From a bacterium HR24 (GTDB taxonomy: Bacteria > Chloroflexota > Dehalococcoidia > SM23-28-2 > HRBIN24), in contig BEIA01000001.1 in the NCBI GenBank assembly GCA_002898715.1, positions 67,535 through 131,534 on the forward strand: DNA of 64,000 bases, written 5' to 3'. The position numbers and the translations under genes are program-made. This document shows, in pieces, positions 37,162 to 47,052 of the stretch. The first letter of the stretch is position 1. The number at the start of each line of letters is the position of its first letter. A model generated the notes under the pieces. The model worked only from the letters and a program-made list of their open reading frames with translations. It was not told the DNA's origin and made no database searches.

Positions 37162-40100
37162 GTGATGACCATGGCCGAAGAGAAACGCGGCGGACAAACG
37201 AGGCGACTGCTGCCGCTCCTGCGGTTCCCCCTCCTGCTGCTGATGGTGGCCGCCCTCTGCGCCGCCCTCCCGCGAAGTGAGGGGTCGGCGAGCGGCAGCG
37301 GCTGGGCCTACCGCTACGGCAGATGGACCGAGGGCCTGGACCCGCTGCCTGGCCTCAAGCCGGAGTGGCCACAAGGAGTCGTGGATCCGGGCACCCTCAG
37401 CATCGCCCCGACCGGCTCGGGGGTGATATTGGCAGGGCAGGCACCACAGTTCTGCGACCGGGCCCCCACTCCATACAGGGGGTTGTGGTGCACGAATGCC
37501 GGCGTGCTCATGGGCATCGGCAGCGACGGCCAGCTGCAGTGGCTGAAGGGCTACAACTCCGACCGTGACCGTCAGTGCGCCAACCAGGACTGCACCAGTC
37601 GATACAGCGATGACGCCGGCTTCAATCTGGTGACGCCCCTCGGCAACACGTTCCTGGTGGGAGGGTTCACCAGGTTCTACGGGCCCTTCATAGCGGCCAT
37701 GGACGGCTCCGGCAACGCCCTCTGGGCCCGCACGATCGCCGGCCGCCGGGCCGGCTCCGCACCGTGTGGGAATGTGACCGACGCCGAGGAGTTGGGGGGC
37801 GGGATCGTCCTCCTCACGGAGGGGCACTGCATCTTCCGGCTCGACGGGACCGGGATCATCCTGTGGGCGAAGGTCTTGGACAGCAGGCTCTGGGCGAGTG
37901 ACATCCTCCCCTGGGGCAGCGACATCCTGGTGGCAGGCACTTATGCGCCAAGCCTCTTCTGCGGCAGCAGCAGCCACTGCTACGGGTTCGTGGGCCTCCT
38001 GAAAGGCGACGGCTCAGGCTTCCGGTGGCTGCGCTACTACCACCCCAGCGACCCCAATCCGAACGCCTCGATGGAATGGTCCTCCATAAGGAAGCTGCTG
38101 CCGGGCCCAGACGGGAACATCGCCGGCCTGAGCATTGATGGCTTCGTCAAGATATCGCCCCTGGACGGGCGCGTCCTGCGGTGGACGGGCATCGATGCCG
38201 TGACTGCCGGGGCCAACGCGTTCCCGGACGTCATCGCCGCCAGCGGGAGCGGGTTCGTGGTAGCAGGCGACTATTACCAGCCCTCCGGCGCATTCCCCTG
38301 CGGCAATGACATATTCGTTGCCACCCTCGACTCCGATGGGAACGTGCAGCAGTCCAAGGTGCTGGGAGGCGACGGGTGTGATTCTCGCGCACAGCTTGCC
38401 GTAGCGGCCGACGGCATCTATGTGGCGACGCATGACGGCGGCCTGCCGGTGGTCATGAAGCTCGGGACGGACCTGTCGGTGGACGGGTTGGTGCACCCGG
38501 GGTCGGTCTACGCGAGCCAGTTCAGCGACCCCTTCCCTAACGATGACCAGGAGATGACGCAGTCGCAGCTCCTCCTGGGGCTGGGCAATGTCTCCTCGCC
38601 ATCGTCGCAGCCCTTCAACCTCGTCGCGACGAATGTGAGCGCGCGCCAGGCGCCCTGGTACCACCGCTTCCTGGACGTGGCCGTGGACGACAAGGCACGG
38701 GCCAACGTCCGGGTGACGAGCTCGCCCCAGGGCATCGACTGCGGCAGCGACTGCTGGGAGGAATACCCCCATGGGACGAGCGTCACCGTGACGCTGCAGG
38801 AGCTGGGGCCCTGGCCGCCCACCGTCCTGTACTGCAACGGCCAGCGGGCCGGCCTCCAGGCCACCGTCTCCCTGACGCAGCCGGACTGGTTCCGGAACGA
38901 CCCCTCGGGGGACGCCGTCTGCAACGTCTCTCTCGACAGCGGCGCCGTAAACACGTCCCTCTCGGCATCGCCCGGGAGCCTGACCATGCGTCAGCTGGAG
39001 GGGAGCGACCGGCCGCAGGTGACCTTCACCTTCACCCTCAAGTCCCGGGGGAACCCGGCGCCGGGTCAGGCCGTGGAGGTGGCCATCGTCCGCGTCTCGG
39101 GCAGGTGCCGGGACAACCCCCAGAACTTGTGCAGTGTGCAGCCGGACCAGCTGGCACAGGTCGCCCCCCTCGCCCTCGAGCAGCCGCAGCAGACCGGTCA
39201 GGACGGCACTTACACCTTTCACTGGGTCCCCCCGGCGGCCTCCACCTTGCAGCAGATGCTGCAGCCGCCGGTCTCGGTCCAGTTCGCGGCTTGCGCAGCA
39301 CCCTGGACCATCCAGGACTACCTCAACTACTACTGGCTCGGATGCGCCTCGACGTCGGTAAATATCACCCCGTCCGTGACCGTCAAAGGGCGAGTGCTCC
39401 AGCGCCATGCCGGCGCACTGGCCGACCCTGACGGCGACGGGATCAGCCCTGTGCCCTTCGTGGACGTGAGCACCGACCCGACCTTTCCTCCCGACAAGAC
39501 CGTCCTCACCGGCGACGACGGCAGCTTCTCCCTGCCCGACGTCCCCTGCAACCAGGACGTGACCATCTACGTGAGCCAGCTCGTCCCCGGGGAGCAGTAC
39601 CGCGTCTACACCCAGAGCATGTGGTCCGGCTACCTGCAATGCCCCCTCCAGGGGAACGAGACGACCATCGACGACATCTACGTGGCCTACCTCGCCGTGA
39701 CCCGGCAGATGCTGCAGACGTGGCTCCCCGACCTCGCGCAGAAGCTGGGGCAGAGCAGCCCGGGCGTGGCCGCCCACAGGGCCTTCATTCAGGACTTGCG
39801 CAGCCGCATCGCACCCGGCAGCGACTTCGGCCCCACCCAGCCCTGGGAGGAGGAGGCGCTGCGGCGCCTCTCCCTCTCGGAGCGCATCGCCAAGGACGGC
39901 CTGGACACCATGTTCATCATGGGCGAGTGCGGCGTCCGCTACCTGTGGGACTCCAGCCTCGCGATCCTGGTGGGCCTCTTCAACAAGATGGTGGACACTT
40001 ACGGGCAGGCGTTGTTCCAGAAGGCCAACATCATTCGGACGTTGCGGGAGACCGGCAACACCCAGGAGCTCCAGAAGGAGCTCGCACGCCTGAACGCCGT

Positions 40101-43100
40101 CGAGAAGGCCATCGTCGACGCCCTGGTCAAGTGGCAGGAGCAGCTGCGTGCGATCCTCCGTGGCCCCATCAACAGTTTCGCCTCGAACTTGGACGAGCTG
40201 CTGACGACCGTTCCCGTCAGCGGTAGTAAACCCCTCCTAGGCGTCGACGCGGCAAGGCACAACGCACTGTTACTCCTCCTTCAGACGCTCAGCGACTACG
40301 ACCTTGCCAAGGCCTTCTACGACTGGGCCAAGGGCGTGGACCAGGCAGCCAGCGAGCTCACCGATTGGCCGGGCGTGGTCGCCACCATCAGCAGCCTCAG
40401 GGACCAGCTCATCTCGCCCATTACCAATCTGCTGGACCAGCTACATGCCAAGGCCGATGATCTGGCCAAGGGGGCCATCCGCGGAGCGGTGGACGGATGG
40501 CTGCACATGGCCGCAGGCTGGGCAGCCAACCACGACTTCGTCCAGGGGCCCGACAGCTACCGGCAGGCGGCCGAGCGGGCTGCTGCCTATGCCGACCGCC
40601 TCAGCCACCTCTGGGGCGACTGGTCGTCCCTATGCACCAACATGGAGAACTTCTACAACATCGTCTACGAGAGCTCCGGCGCCTTGCAGCTGGCGGCGAC
40701 GCTGGCAAGCCTCGTCACGGGCGGCACGACGGCGGCCCTGAGCGGCTTCCTGGAGGCCGTGCAGTGGGGCACCCTGGCGGCCAAGGCGGCCACGGGGCTG
40801 GTCTTCATCGGCATGGCCCAGCCCTTCGGTGAGGCGGGCCAGCTGACCCGCCTGGGCATCTACGACACCTTCGACAAAGCGGCAGTGGTCCAGCAGGAGC
40901 AAGAGGACCTGGCGCGGGCCCTCTCGGCGGTGGTGTTCTCGCCGGCCCACATCATGGCCGTGGACCGGCTGGGGCGCAGGGTCGGCATCGGCGCCGACGG
41001 CATCGGCCTGAGCGAGGTCCCGGGAGCGGTCTACCTGCCCGCCGCCCAGCTGCCCATGCCCGACGACGAGCAGGGGCAAACGGTCTCGCCCCACGAGACG
41101 CTGGTCCTGCCGCTGGAACATGCGCCATACACCCTCCTCATATGGGGCACCGGCGACGGGCCTTACACCATCAAGGTGATGGCCGTAGGGACAGAGGGCC
41201 TGCAGGAGCTGGGGAGCATCAGCGGCACGGCGCGCACCGGGAGCCTGCAGGTGGCTACCCTCGCCGAAGTGGGCGGCGCCGTCCGGCTGGGGCAGCCCCA
41301 GGACTTCTCTCAGGACCAGGTGGCAGGGATCGCGGTCTACGGGCCGGACGGCAGGGTGGACGGCCCCCTGTCGCTCACGGCCGGCCAGAGCATCGCCCTC
41401 AGGGCCTACCTGGAGCGCCAGGATGGCGCGACCGCGCCGCCCGTCCAGGTGAGTTGGGGGAGCAGCGCGCCGGAGACGGCGAGCATCGAGCCGCTGCCCG
41501 ACGGGACGGCCATCGTAAGGGCAGGACGCGCCGGCCAGGCCACCATCACCGTGCAGGCAGGCGGTCGGACCGCCACCGTGCAGGTGGACGTGACGGCAGG
41601 GCCTCCTGCCCAGGTCCAGTTGGAGGTGTCCGGGCAGGCGCCGGTCACGGCCGGAGGCCAGGCGTGCGTCAGGGCCCGCGTCCTCGACGCCGGCGGGAAC
41701 CCGGTGGCCAGCGCCGCGGTCAACTTCCTCGCCTTCGGGAGCGGGACGGCACTGGCCCAGGGCACCAGCGGTCAGGACGGCTGGACCCAGGCTGCATGCT
41801 TTGCCGTCCCGCAGACGGCCGGCGGGCCGGAGGTGGTGCAGGGGGTCGTGCAGCAGGGCGACCAGGTGATGGCCGTCGGGCGGACGACCCTTATGGTGGT
41901 GCCCGTCATCGAGGGGTCTGAGGGCTGGCCCGAGCGGGCGGGTGGCGAGGTGCAGATCAGGAGCGGCGACCAGGTGGTGGGCAGCATCCAGGTCCCGGCG
42001 GGGGCCTTCCCCAACGCCGTCGTGCCGATGGTCAACGGCACGGTGCTGGGCGAGGACGTGCAGCTGCCGGCATTGCCATCGGGCACAGACGCCCTCCTCA
42101 GGGTGGCCGTCAACGCCCTCGACCTGGCGTCCGCCTCCCCGCTGGCACCTGCCCAAAGCCTGCGCCTTACGCTCCTGGGCCAGGGGCAGGGCATGCGCCT
42201 TCTGAGGCTGGCCGGCAATTCCTGGCAGGAGATGGACGCATCGCCCGCCGCAGGTGGGCTGTCAGCCGGCATCGATGGGCCCGGCATCTTTGCCCTCGTG
42301 GCGTCCACGGGAACAGGTGGGGGCGGTGGCGGCAGCAGCGGTGGTAGTGGCGGCGGCAGCCCACCGCCACCCCCACCACCTCCACCTCCACCCACCGCAG
42401 TGACGGTGCCGAGTCCGACAGGCACGGGCGACCTCACCTTCCAGGTGGCATCGGGCGCCACCCCCGCCTCCTTCCAGGTGCAGCCCTTCACCGGCACCCC
42501 GCCCGTGCCGGTGCCCCAGGGCTACAGCCTCCCCCACGGCCTCTACTCCCTCACCGCCGCAGGGCTGCCGCCCGGCACCGGCATCACCGTCCAGGTGACC
42601 CTGCCGGCGCCTGCCCCCGTGGGCACCGTGTGGCTGAAGCTCATGGGCGGCTCCTGGGTGGCCCTGCCCGTGGGCGACGACGACGGCGACAACGTCATCA
42701 CCATCACCCTCACCGACGGCGACCAGGTCGACGCCGACGACGCCCAGAACGGCGTCATCGCCGACCCCGGCGGCCCGGCCATACCCCAGCAGCAGCCCAC
42801 GCCCACTCCTACCCCCGCGCCGCCCTCGGCGCCCCCTGCCGCCCCGGGCCTCGTCTCCCTCTGGCCCTGCGGGGAGGGGGTGGCCTGCATCAGCTTCCTC
42901 CCCTCCCAGGGCGCCACCTCCTACCGCCTGGAGTCGGCCCTTGAGCCCGGCTTCAGCTTCGGGCTGAACTCGGTGGAGGTGGACGCCTCCAGCCTCCTCT
43001 GGGGCAACACCATAGTGGTGGGGATGCCCACGGGCGACATGTGGGCCTTCTACTACCGCCTCTCGGCCTGCAACGAGGCAGGCTGCTCGGGGGCCGTCTT

Positions 43101-43416
43101 CGTGGGCGGCATGGCAGCAAGGCGCTTCCCTGCCGGCACGACCGAGCACTGGGCCTTGGTGGTGGGCGGCTACCGCTTCCTTGGGGTGAGCTACGGCTGG
43201 GCCCAGAGCCAGGTGTCGGTGCCGGGGAAGGCCTCGGAGCTGCACCTGTATGACGGCGTGCAGGGCTACGGCGGCAGGAGGGTGTACACCTGCAGCGGGG
43301 TGCAGCCTGGCGGGAGCTGCTCCTGGCAGTGGCCCAGTAGCGACCCCTGGCTGAGCGGGTCCCAGGAGTTCCCGCCCTACGGCGAGGTGGGGGTGGCGGT
43401 GAGGCTCTCGCCCTAG
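37162..43416 (+). CDS. giant secreted surface protein (signal peptide, beta-propeller-like N-terminus, Big_2 Ig-like repeats, poly-Gly/Pro linkers, FN3/PPC-like C-terminus)
   Basis: 2084 aa in a single ORF. Ig-like segment VQVSWGSSAPETASIEPLPDGTAIVRAGRAGQATITVQAGGRTATVQVDV. GGGGGSSGGSGGGSPPPPPPPPPPPT linker. The C-terminal module is homologous to the S8 peptidase C-terminus (YYRLSACNEAGCS...). Confidence 0.75.
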   Translation: MMTMAEEKRGGQTRRLLPLLRFPLLLLMVAALCAALPRSEGSASGSGWAYRYGRWTEGLDPLPGLKPEWPQGVVDPGTLSIAPTGSGVILAGQAPQFCDRAPTPYRGLWCTNAGVLMGIGSDGQLQWLKGYNSDRDRQCANQDCTSRYSDDAGFNLVTPLGNTFLVGGFTRFYGPFIAAMDGSGNALWARTIAGRRAGSAPCGNVTDAEELGGGIVLLTEGHCIFRLDGTGIILWAKVLDSRLWASDILPWGSDILVAGTYAPSLFCGSSSHCYGFVGLLKGDGSGFRWLRYYHPSDPNPNASMEWSSIRKLLPGPDGNIAGLSIDGFVKISPLDGRVLRWTGIDAVTAGANAFPDVIAASGSGFVVAGDYYQPSGAFPCGNDIFVATLDSDGNVQQSKVLGGDGCDSRAQLAVAADGIYVATHDGGLPVVMKLGTDLSVDGLVHPGSVYASQFSDPFPNDDQEMTQSQLLLGLGNVSSPSSQPFNLVATNVSARQAPWYHRFLDVAVDDKARANVRVTSSPQGIDCGSDCWEEYPHGTSVTVTLQELGPWPPTVLYCNGQRAGLQATVSLTQPDWFRNDPSGDAVCNVSLDSGAVNTSLSASPGSLTMRQLEGSDRPQVTFTFTLKSRGNPAPGQAVEVAIVRVSGRCRDNPQNLCSVQPDQLAQVAPLALEQPQQTGQDGTYTFHWVPPAASTLQQMLQPPVSVQFAACAAPWTIQDYLNYYWLGCASTSVNITPSVTVKGRVLQRHAGALADPDGDGISPVPFVDVSTDPTFPPDKTVLTGDDGSFSLPDVPCNQDVTIYVSQLVPGEQYRVYTQSMWSGYLQCPLQGNETTIDDIYVAYLAVTRQMLQTWLPDLAQKLGQSSPGVAAHRAFIQDLRSRIAPGSDFGPTQPWEEEALRRLSLSERIAKDGLDTMFIMGECGVRYLWDSSLAILVGLFNKMVDTYGQALFQKANIIRTLRETGNTQELQKELARLNAVEKAIVDALVKWQEQLRAILRGPINSFASNLDELLTTVPVSGSKPLLGVDAARHNALLLLLQTLSDYDLAKAFYDWAKGVDQAASELTDWPGVVATISSLRDQLISPITNLLDQLHAKADDLAKGAIRGAVDGWLHMAAGWAANHDFVQGPDSYRQAAERAAAYADRLSHLWGDWSSLCTNMENFYNIVYESSGALQLAATLASLVTGGTTAALSGFLEAVQWGTLAAKAATGLVFIGMAQPFGEAGQLTRLGIYDTFDKAAVVQQEQEDLARALSAVVFSPAHIMAVDRLGRRVGIGADGIGLSEVPGAVYLPAAQLPMPDDEQGQTVSPHETLVLPLEHAPYTLLIWGTGDGPYTIKVMAVGTEGLQELGSISGTARTGSLQVATLAEVGGAVRLGQPQDFSQDQVAGIAVYGPDGRVDGPLSLTAGQSIALRAYLERQDGATAPPVQVSWGSSAPETASIEPLPDGTAIVRAGRAGQATITVQAGGRTATVQVDVTAGPPAQVQLEVSGQAPVTAGGQACVRARVLDAGGNPVASAAVNFLAFGSGTALAQGTSGQDGWTQAACFAVPQTAGGPEVVQGVVQQGDQVMAVGRTTLMVVPVIEGSEGWPERAGGEVQIRSGDQVVGSIQVPAGAFPNAVVPMVNGTVLGEDVQLPALPSGTDALLRVAVNALDLASASPLAPAQSLRLTLLGQGQGMRLLRLAGNSWQEMDASPAAGGLSAGIDGPGIFALVASTGTGGGGGGSSGGSGGGSPPPPPPPPPPPTAVTVPSPTGTGDLTFQVASGATPASFQVQPFTGTPPVPVPQGYSLPHGLYSLTAAGLPPGTGITVQVTLPAPAPVGTVWLKLMGGSWVALPVGDDDGDNVITITLTDGDQVDADDAQNGVIADPGGPAIPQQQPTPTPTPAPPSAPPAAPGLVSLWPCGEGVACISFLPSQGATSYRLESALEPGFSFGLNSVEVDASSLLWGNTIVVGMPTGDMWAFYYRLSACNEAGCSGAVFVGGMAARRFPAGTTEHWALVVGGYRFLGVSYGWAQSQVSVPGKASELHLYDGVQGYGGRRVYTCSGVQPGGSCSWQWPSSDPWLSGSQEFPPYGEVGVAVRLSP

Positions 43417-43439
43417 CGGGAGGCAGTGTGCGAGTCGCG

Positions 43440-43471
43440 GGGCCCGGGGGTTAGCCCCGGGCCCCCATCGC
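43440..43471 (+). terminator. GC hairpin after the giant gene
   Basis: GGGGCCCGGGGGttagCCCCGGGCCCCC. Confidence 0.35.
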
Positions 43472-43675
43472 CTGTCATGCCCTGACTGCTTGGCGCCGGC
43501 GCCTGACGGCAGGCGACACCGCACATGTCAGGGACGCCGGTTTGCTGCCGCCGTCAGCAAGAGGCATGCAGCCGGCGGGCCGCCGGTAGGGACAGGGGCC
43601 TAGGGACTGCTGCCCGGCAGGGGCTTCCAGGGCAGGGGCTGGCAGGAGGCCCAGCGAGGGCAGGGGAGGAGGGTA

Positions 43676-43963
43676 GTGCTCATGCCCGGCCCAGAGGGGA
43701 GGCGTAGGCTGCCCAGGGAGCTCTTGCCGCCCATAGCCAAGCTGAGAGGCTGCATCGAGACCACGGTGGCGCAGGTCATGGAGCAGCTGGGCCTTGCCCA
43801 CCATGAGGGCCAAGAGCTTCTGGGGCCTCCTGACCCGCACCGCTGCCGCCATCCTCGCCCACACTGTCATCGTCCCCCAGCTGGTCTAATCCGCATATTG
43901 CGCCTGAGGGCGACCTTGTCCCCAAGCAGGCTAAGCCACGGCATCCATGCCATGCCGAACTAG
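43676..43963 (+). pseudogene. possible IS4-family transposase C-terminal remnant
   Basis: ...IAKLRGCIETTVAQVMEQLGLAHHEG resembles the IS4/IS10 C-terminal R.xIE.xF..LK...GL.H signature. No intact ORF. Confidence 0.25.
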
Positions 43964-44006
43964 GCATCGCCCGTTGGTATTAGAGCCAGGTGCTCGGGCC
44001 CCTCGG

Positions 44007-44381
44007 TTACGGGCCCTGGGCGTGGCGCCGGAGCCGCTCGTCCAGGGTGGCCAGCGGGAGGCCCAGGGAGCGGGCCAGGAACAGATAGGTGGCGTCGTAG
44101 GCGGTGAGGCCCGTGGCCAGGGCCAGGTCCAGCACCGCCGGATGCTCCACCTCCTCCCAGCGGATGTCTAGTGAAAGGGCATCCTGCAGCACGGCGAGGA
44201 TGCGGTCCCTTTCCGAAGGATAGTGGAGGGCCTTCTTCCGGGCCACGCTGGTCAGTTCATAGGCCAGGAGGGGCGGCGCCACCAGATCGCACCCCTCCAC
44301 CAGGGCCCGCGCCTCCCCTCCCCTGGGCTCGCCGAAGGCGATGGCCGCCAGGACGGAGGCGTCCACCACCTTAGCGGGCAT
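44007..44381 (-). CDS. vapC: PIN-domain toxin VapC
   Basis: MPAKVVDASVLAAIAF...TAYDATYLFLA...TLDERL with the conserved acidic residues of the PIN fold. Confidence 0.7.
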   Translation of the reverse strand: MPAKVVDASVLAAIAFGEPRGGEARALVEGCDLVAPPLLAYELTSVARKKALHYPSERDRILAVLQDALSLDIRWEEVEHPAVLDLALATGLTAYDATYLFLARSLGLPLATLDERLRRHAQGP

Positions 44382-44604
44382 CCCGCTCCTCCCGGAGCCA
44401 CTGCGTCGCCTCGTCGCCCGTCCTTAGGCCCAGTTCCTGGACCCGGCGGTGCAGGTCCTCCAAACTCCGGCCCTGGGGAGCCAGGGCCGACTCCAGGATG
44501 GCCAGAAGTTCCCCCTGGAGGGAGCGGTGGTTCCGCCGGGCCCTTTCCCTGAGCCGTTCATACAGGTGGTCGGGCACCTTCTTGATGGACAGGTTCACAG
44601 GCAT
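44371..44604 (-). CDS. vapB: RHH (Arc/FitA-like) antitoxin VapB
   Basis: MPVNLSIKKVPDHLYERLRERARRNHRSLQGELLAILE. It overlaps vapC by 11 nt. Confidence 0.6.
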   Translation of the reverse strand: MPVNLSIKKVPDHLYERLRERARRNHRSLQGELLAILESALAPQGRSLEDLHRRVQELGLRTGDEATQWLREERDAR

Positions 44605-44683
44605 AGGCCACACCCAGCTCCTGGTTCCGCTTTGGCTCCATTTTACCACCTCACGTGTTGGCGAGAAAGGGGGAGCCGGCCTC

Positions 44684-45404
44684 GTGACTGTCACACGCAC
44701 GGTTGGCGAGTTTTCGGAGTAGGGGAGGGGTCGGCGGTGTCGCTGAAGGGCCCCTGTGGTGCTGAGCCCATCTGGCCACCTGCAGGTGGGGCAGGAGGAA
44801 GGCCGCCTCCAGCCCGGCCCAGGATCGGATGCCGCGCATGGCCCTGGCCCGGATGCAGGTCGGCGTATGGCCTACTCGGTGCGATTGTTGGTAGTGGGCA
44901 CCTGGGGGTCATGCTGGTGCAGGCAGTAGCTCTGCCAGTTCTCCGAGAGGCGCAGCACGAGGGCCTTCAGCCTCGCAAGGGGGCTATGGGGCTCCGGGCG
45001 GAGCCTTGTGAGCCCCTGCCACAGCCCCAAGAGCCTCATCACCCCGTCTGGGGGCCTATCTCTCAGGAACCCCCTCACCTCGGCGAGCATGGGGGCCCAC
45101 TCCTCCCCCAGCTCCCTCTCCAGGCGCCGTAGCTCCCTGCCCGCTCAGCGCTGCAGGCAGCCCCGCCAGGAGGGCGCCCGTGGCGCGGGTCGAGAGGCCC
45201 AGGGCCCAGAGGAGGGCGGAGAGGGCGGCCGTGCGCTGGCTCTGGTGCCGCCTGTCCACCCCCTCCGGGTAGTGGCGGAAGGTGTGGCGGCAGGCGGGGC
45301 AGCGGTAGCGCTGCACGACGACCTCGCTTGTGCGCAGGTCGCGTATGGGCTTCCTGGTCTTGCCCCAGGCCTGCAGGGCCGGTGAGGAGCAGCGGGGACA
45401 AGTG
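44684..45404 (-). mobile_element. internally deleted copy (about 0.72 kb) of the zinc-finger DDE insertion sequence found intact at 52554..53623
   Basis: The left 200 bp and right 210 bp are over 90% identical to the ends of the 1.07-kb copy. The transposase N-terminus (QRYRCPACRHTFRHYPEGVDRRHQSQRTAALSALLWALGLSTRAT) is fused to its C-terminal tail (LRDRPP..MRL.GLWQGLTRLRPEPHSPL.RLKALVLRLSENWQSYCLH). The DDE core is missing. Confidence 0.6.
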
Positions 45405-45828
45405 CGGGGCCTACCCTCGGGCTAGGGCTTGACCTGGGGCAGCCGGATGACGATACCCTTCATGGGCGGGCACCCCCTTCGGTCTCCGTGTTGTGTGTTC
45501 TAGACCGATTATAGGGAGGGCCCGCCCTTCTTCCTCCTCCTTACCCCCCAGACCAACCGCCAAGGTTACAGTCTGGCCCTCTGGCTCTCGGCCATGAGGT
45601 AGGGCAAAGCCGCGGACGATGCGGCAGCACAGGTCCCACACCCGCGATAGACCGGTTGCGGGGAAGCCCCAGCAGTTGTAGGGCAAGGCCCTGCGGACGA
45701 GATGACCGAGGTCCTGCCGGCACGCGACCAAGGCCCCTACCTCGCAGGCCTTGCTGGCGTTATACGTAAGCGCGGAGGGGAGAGGCGGCGGCCGATCTCC
45801 TCAGCCGTGCTTCGGGGAGGTGATCGCT

Positions 45829-46218
45829 ATGATGCGCTTCGTTCTCGGCGCCTCTGTGGGCGCTGCCGTCCTCGTTGCCCTCGCTTGCGGAGGCAAAGGG
45901 GCGGCGCCGGCTCCTACTCCCGCAGGCGCTGCACCCACGACGGTGACGGTCAGGGCGGTCAGGACGATCAGGTGGGAGAGGGACGAGCTCACGGCGCCCG
46001 CCGGCCACATCCGGGTGCGATTCATCAATGAGGATACGGGCGTGCCACATGACTTCGCCGTCTACCGTGACGAATCCCACCGTCAGCTGCTGGCCAAGAC
46101 CGGACTCTGCACCGCCCCCTGCGAAGAGACGCTGGAGCTGGACCTAAGCCCGGGCATGTATCACTTCATGTGCACCGTCCACCCGGGGCAGATGGAAGGG
46201 GAGATAATGGTGCGCTAG
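45829..46218 (+). CDS. cupredoxin (plastocyanin/azurin-like blue-copper) lipoprotein
   Basis: RBS ggggaggtgatcgctATG. Signal peptide with lipobox LAC. Type-1 copper ligand pattern H(DF)...C(TV)H(PGQ)M. Confidence 0.6.
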   Translation: MMRFVLGASVGAAVLVALACGGKGAAPAPTPAGAAPTTVTVRAVRTIRWERDELTAPAGHIRVRFINEDTGVPHDFAVYRDESHRQLLAKTGLCTAPCEETLELDLSPGMYHFMCTVHPGQMEGEIMVR

Positions 46219-46281
46219 CGTATGGGTGAGTGGCGCCACGGTTGGACAGCGGGGGCGGTGTCAGCCGTGCGTCGGCGGGCC

Positions 46282-47052
46282 TCAACGGGGGTTCACGCTG
46301 CCCCTTGCCGGCTCCAGGGCACGGTATAGGGCCCCCTCTCGGTGCAGTAGGACAACTTTCGCCACCTCGCTCAGGTAGCGTGGCAACCGGCGCGGGCTCA
46401 GCAGTTTGGAGCCGCTGGCGGGGGCGGCGTACGAGATAGGTAGCTCGGCCGTGGCTATCGCCGCCCGCTTGGCCAGTAGGCAGACGGCCAGCAGCCAGCC
46501 GAACGTCCCCAGCCCGGGATCGGCAGCGAGGGCCATCTGGGCAGCCTGCGGGGTGAAGGCACGGAAGCCGGTGGAAACATCGCGAACCGGCGGCGCCGCC
46601 AGGAGTGCTACGGCAAGCGAGTACGACCTGGTCAACCACTTTCGCCAGAGCGGCGCATGCCACCGGGCGCCCGGGACCAGCCGCGAGCCCACGGCCAGCT
46701 CCGCCCCGGCGTCAAGTGCCGCGACTAGCCTGGGGAGCTCCTCGGGGCGGTGGCTCAGGTCGCCGTCCATGGTCAGCAGCCTGGTGGCACCTAGGCCCAG
46801 GGCCAGCTCGATGCCCGTGTGGACCGCCGCCGAGTACCCTCGCCTCGGCCCATCCAGGAGCTGCGGTCGCAAATGGCGATCGTTGCTCGTCAGCCTCATC
46901 ACCGCCTCCCGAGTCCCGTCTGTGGACCCGTCGTCGACAAACAGCGCAAGCGCCGATAGCGAGTGGGCCCGAGCTACCTCCTCCAGTCTACGCCAGAGCT
47001 GCTCAATGGCTGCCCTTTCGTTGAGGGTCGGGATCACGATGACCGTCCTCAT
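46282..47052 (-). CDS. GT2-family polyprenyl-phosphate glycosyltransferase (Dpm1/GtrB-like)
   Basis: MRTVIVIPTLNERAAIE...LFVDDGSTDGT...TMDGDLSHRPEELP, the DxD/DPM1-type signature. Confidence 0.7.
   Translation of the reverse strand: MRTVIVIPTLNERAAIEQLWRRLEEVARAHSLSALALFVDDGSTDGTREAVMRLTSNDRHLRPQLLDGPRRGYSAAVHTGIELALGLGATRLLTMDGDLSHRPEELPRLVAALDAGAELAVGSRLVPGARWHAPLWRKWLTRSYSLAVALLAAPPVRDVSTGFRAFTPQAAQMALAADPGLGTFGWLLAVCLLAKRAAIATAELPISYAAPASGSKLLSPRRLPRYLSEVAKVVLLHREGALYRALEPARGSVNPR

Noticed and set aside
36912-37280. 122-aa plus ORF spanning the lux-box-like palindromes
   Set aside because: It lies in the divergent promoter region and has low-complexity composition. The palindromes are better explained as operators.
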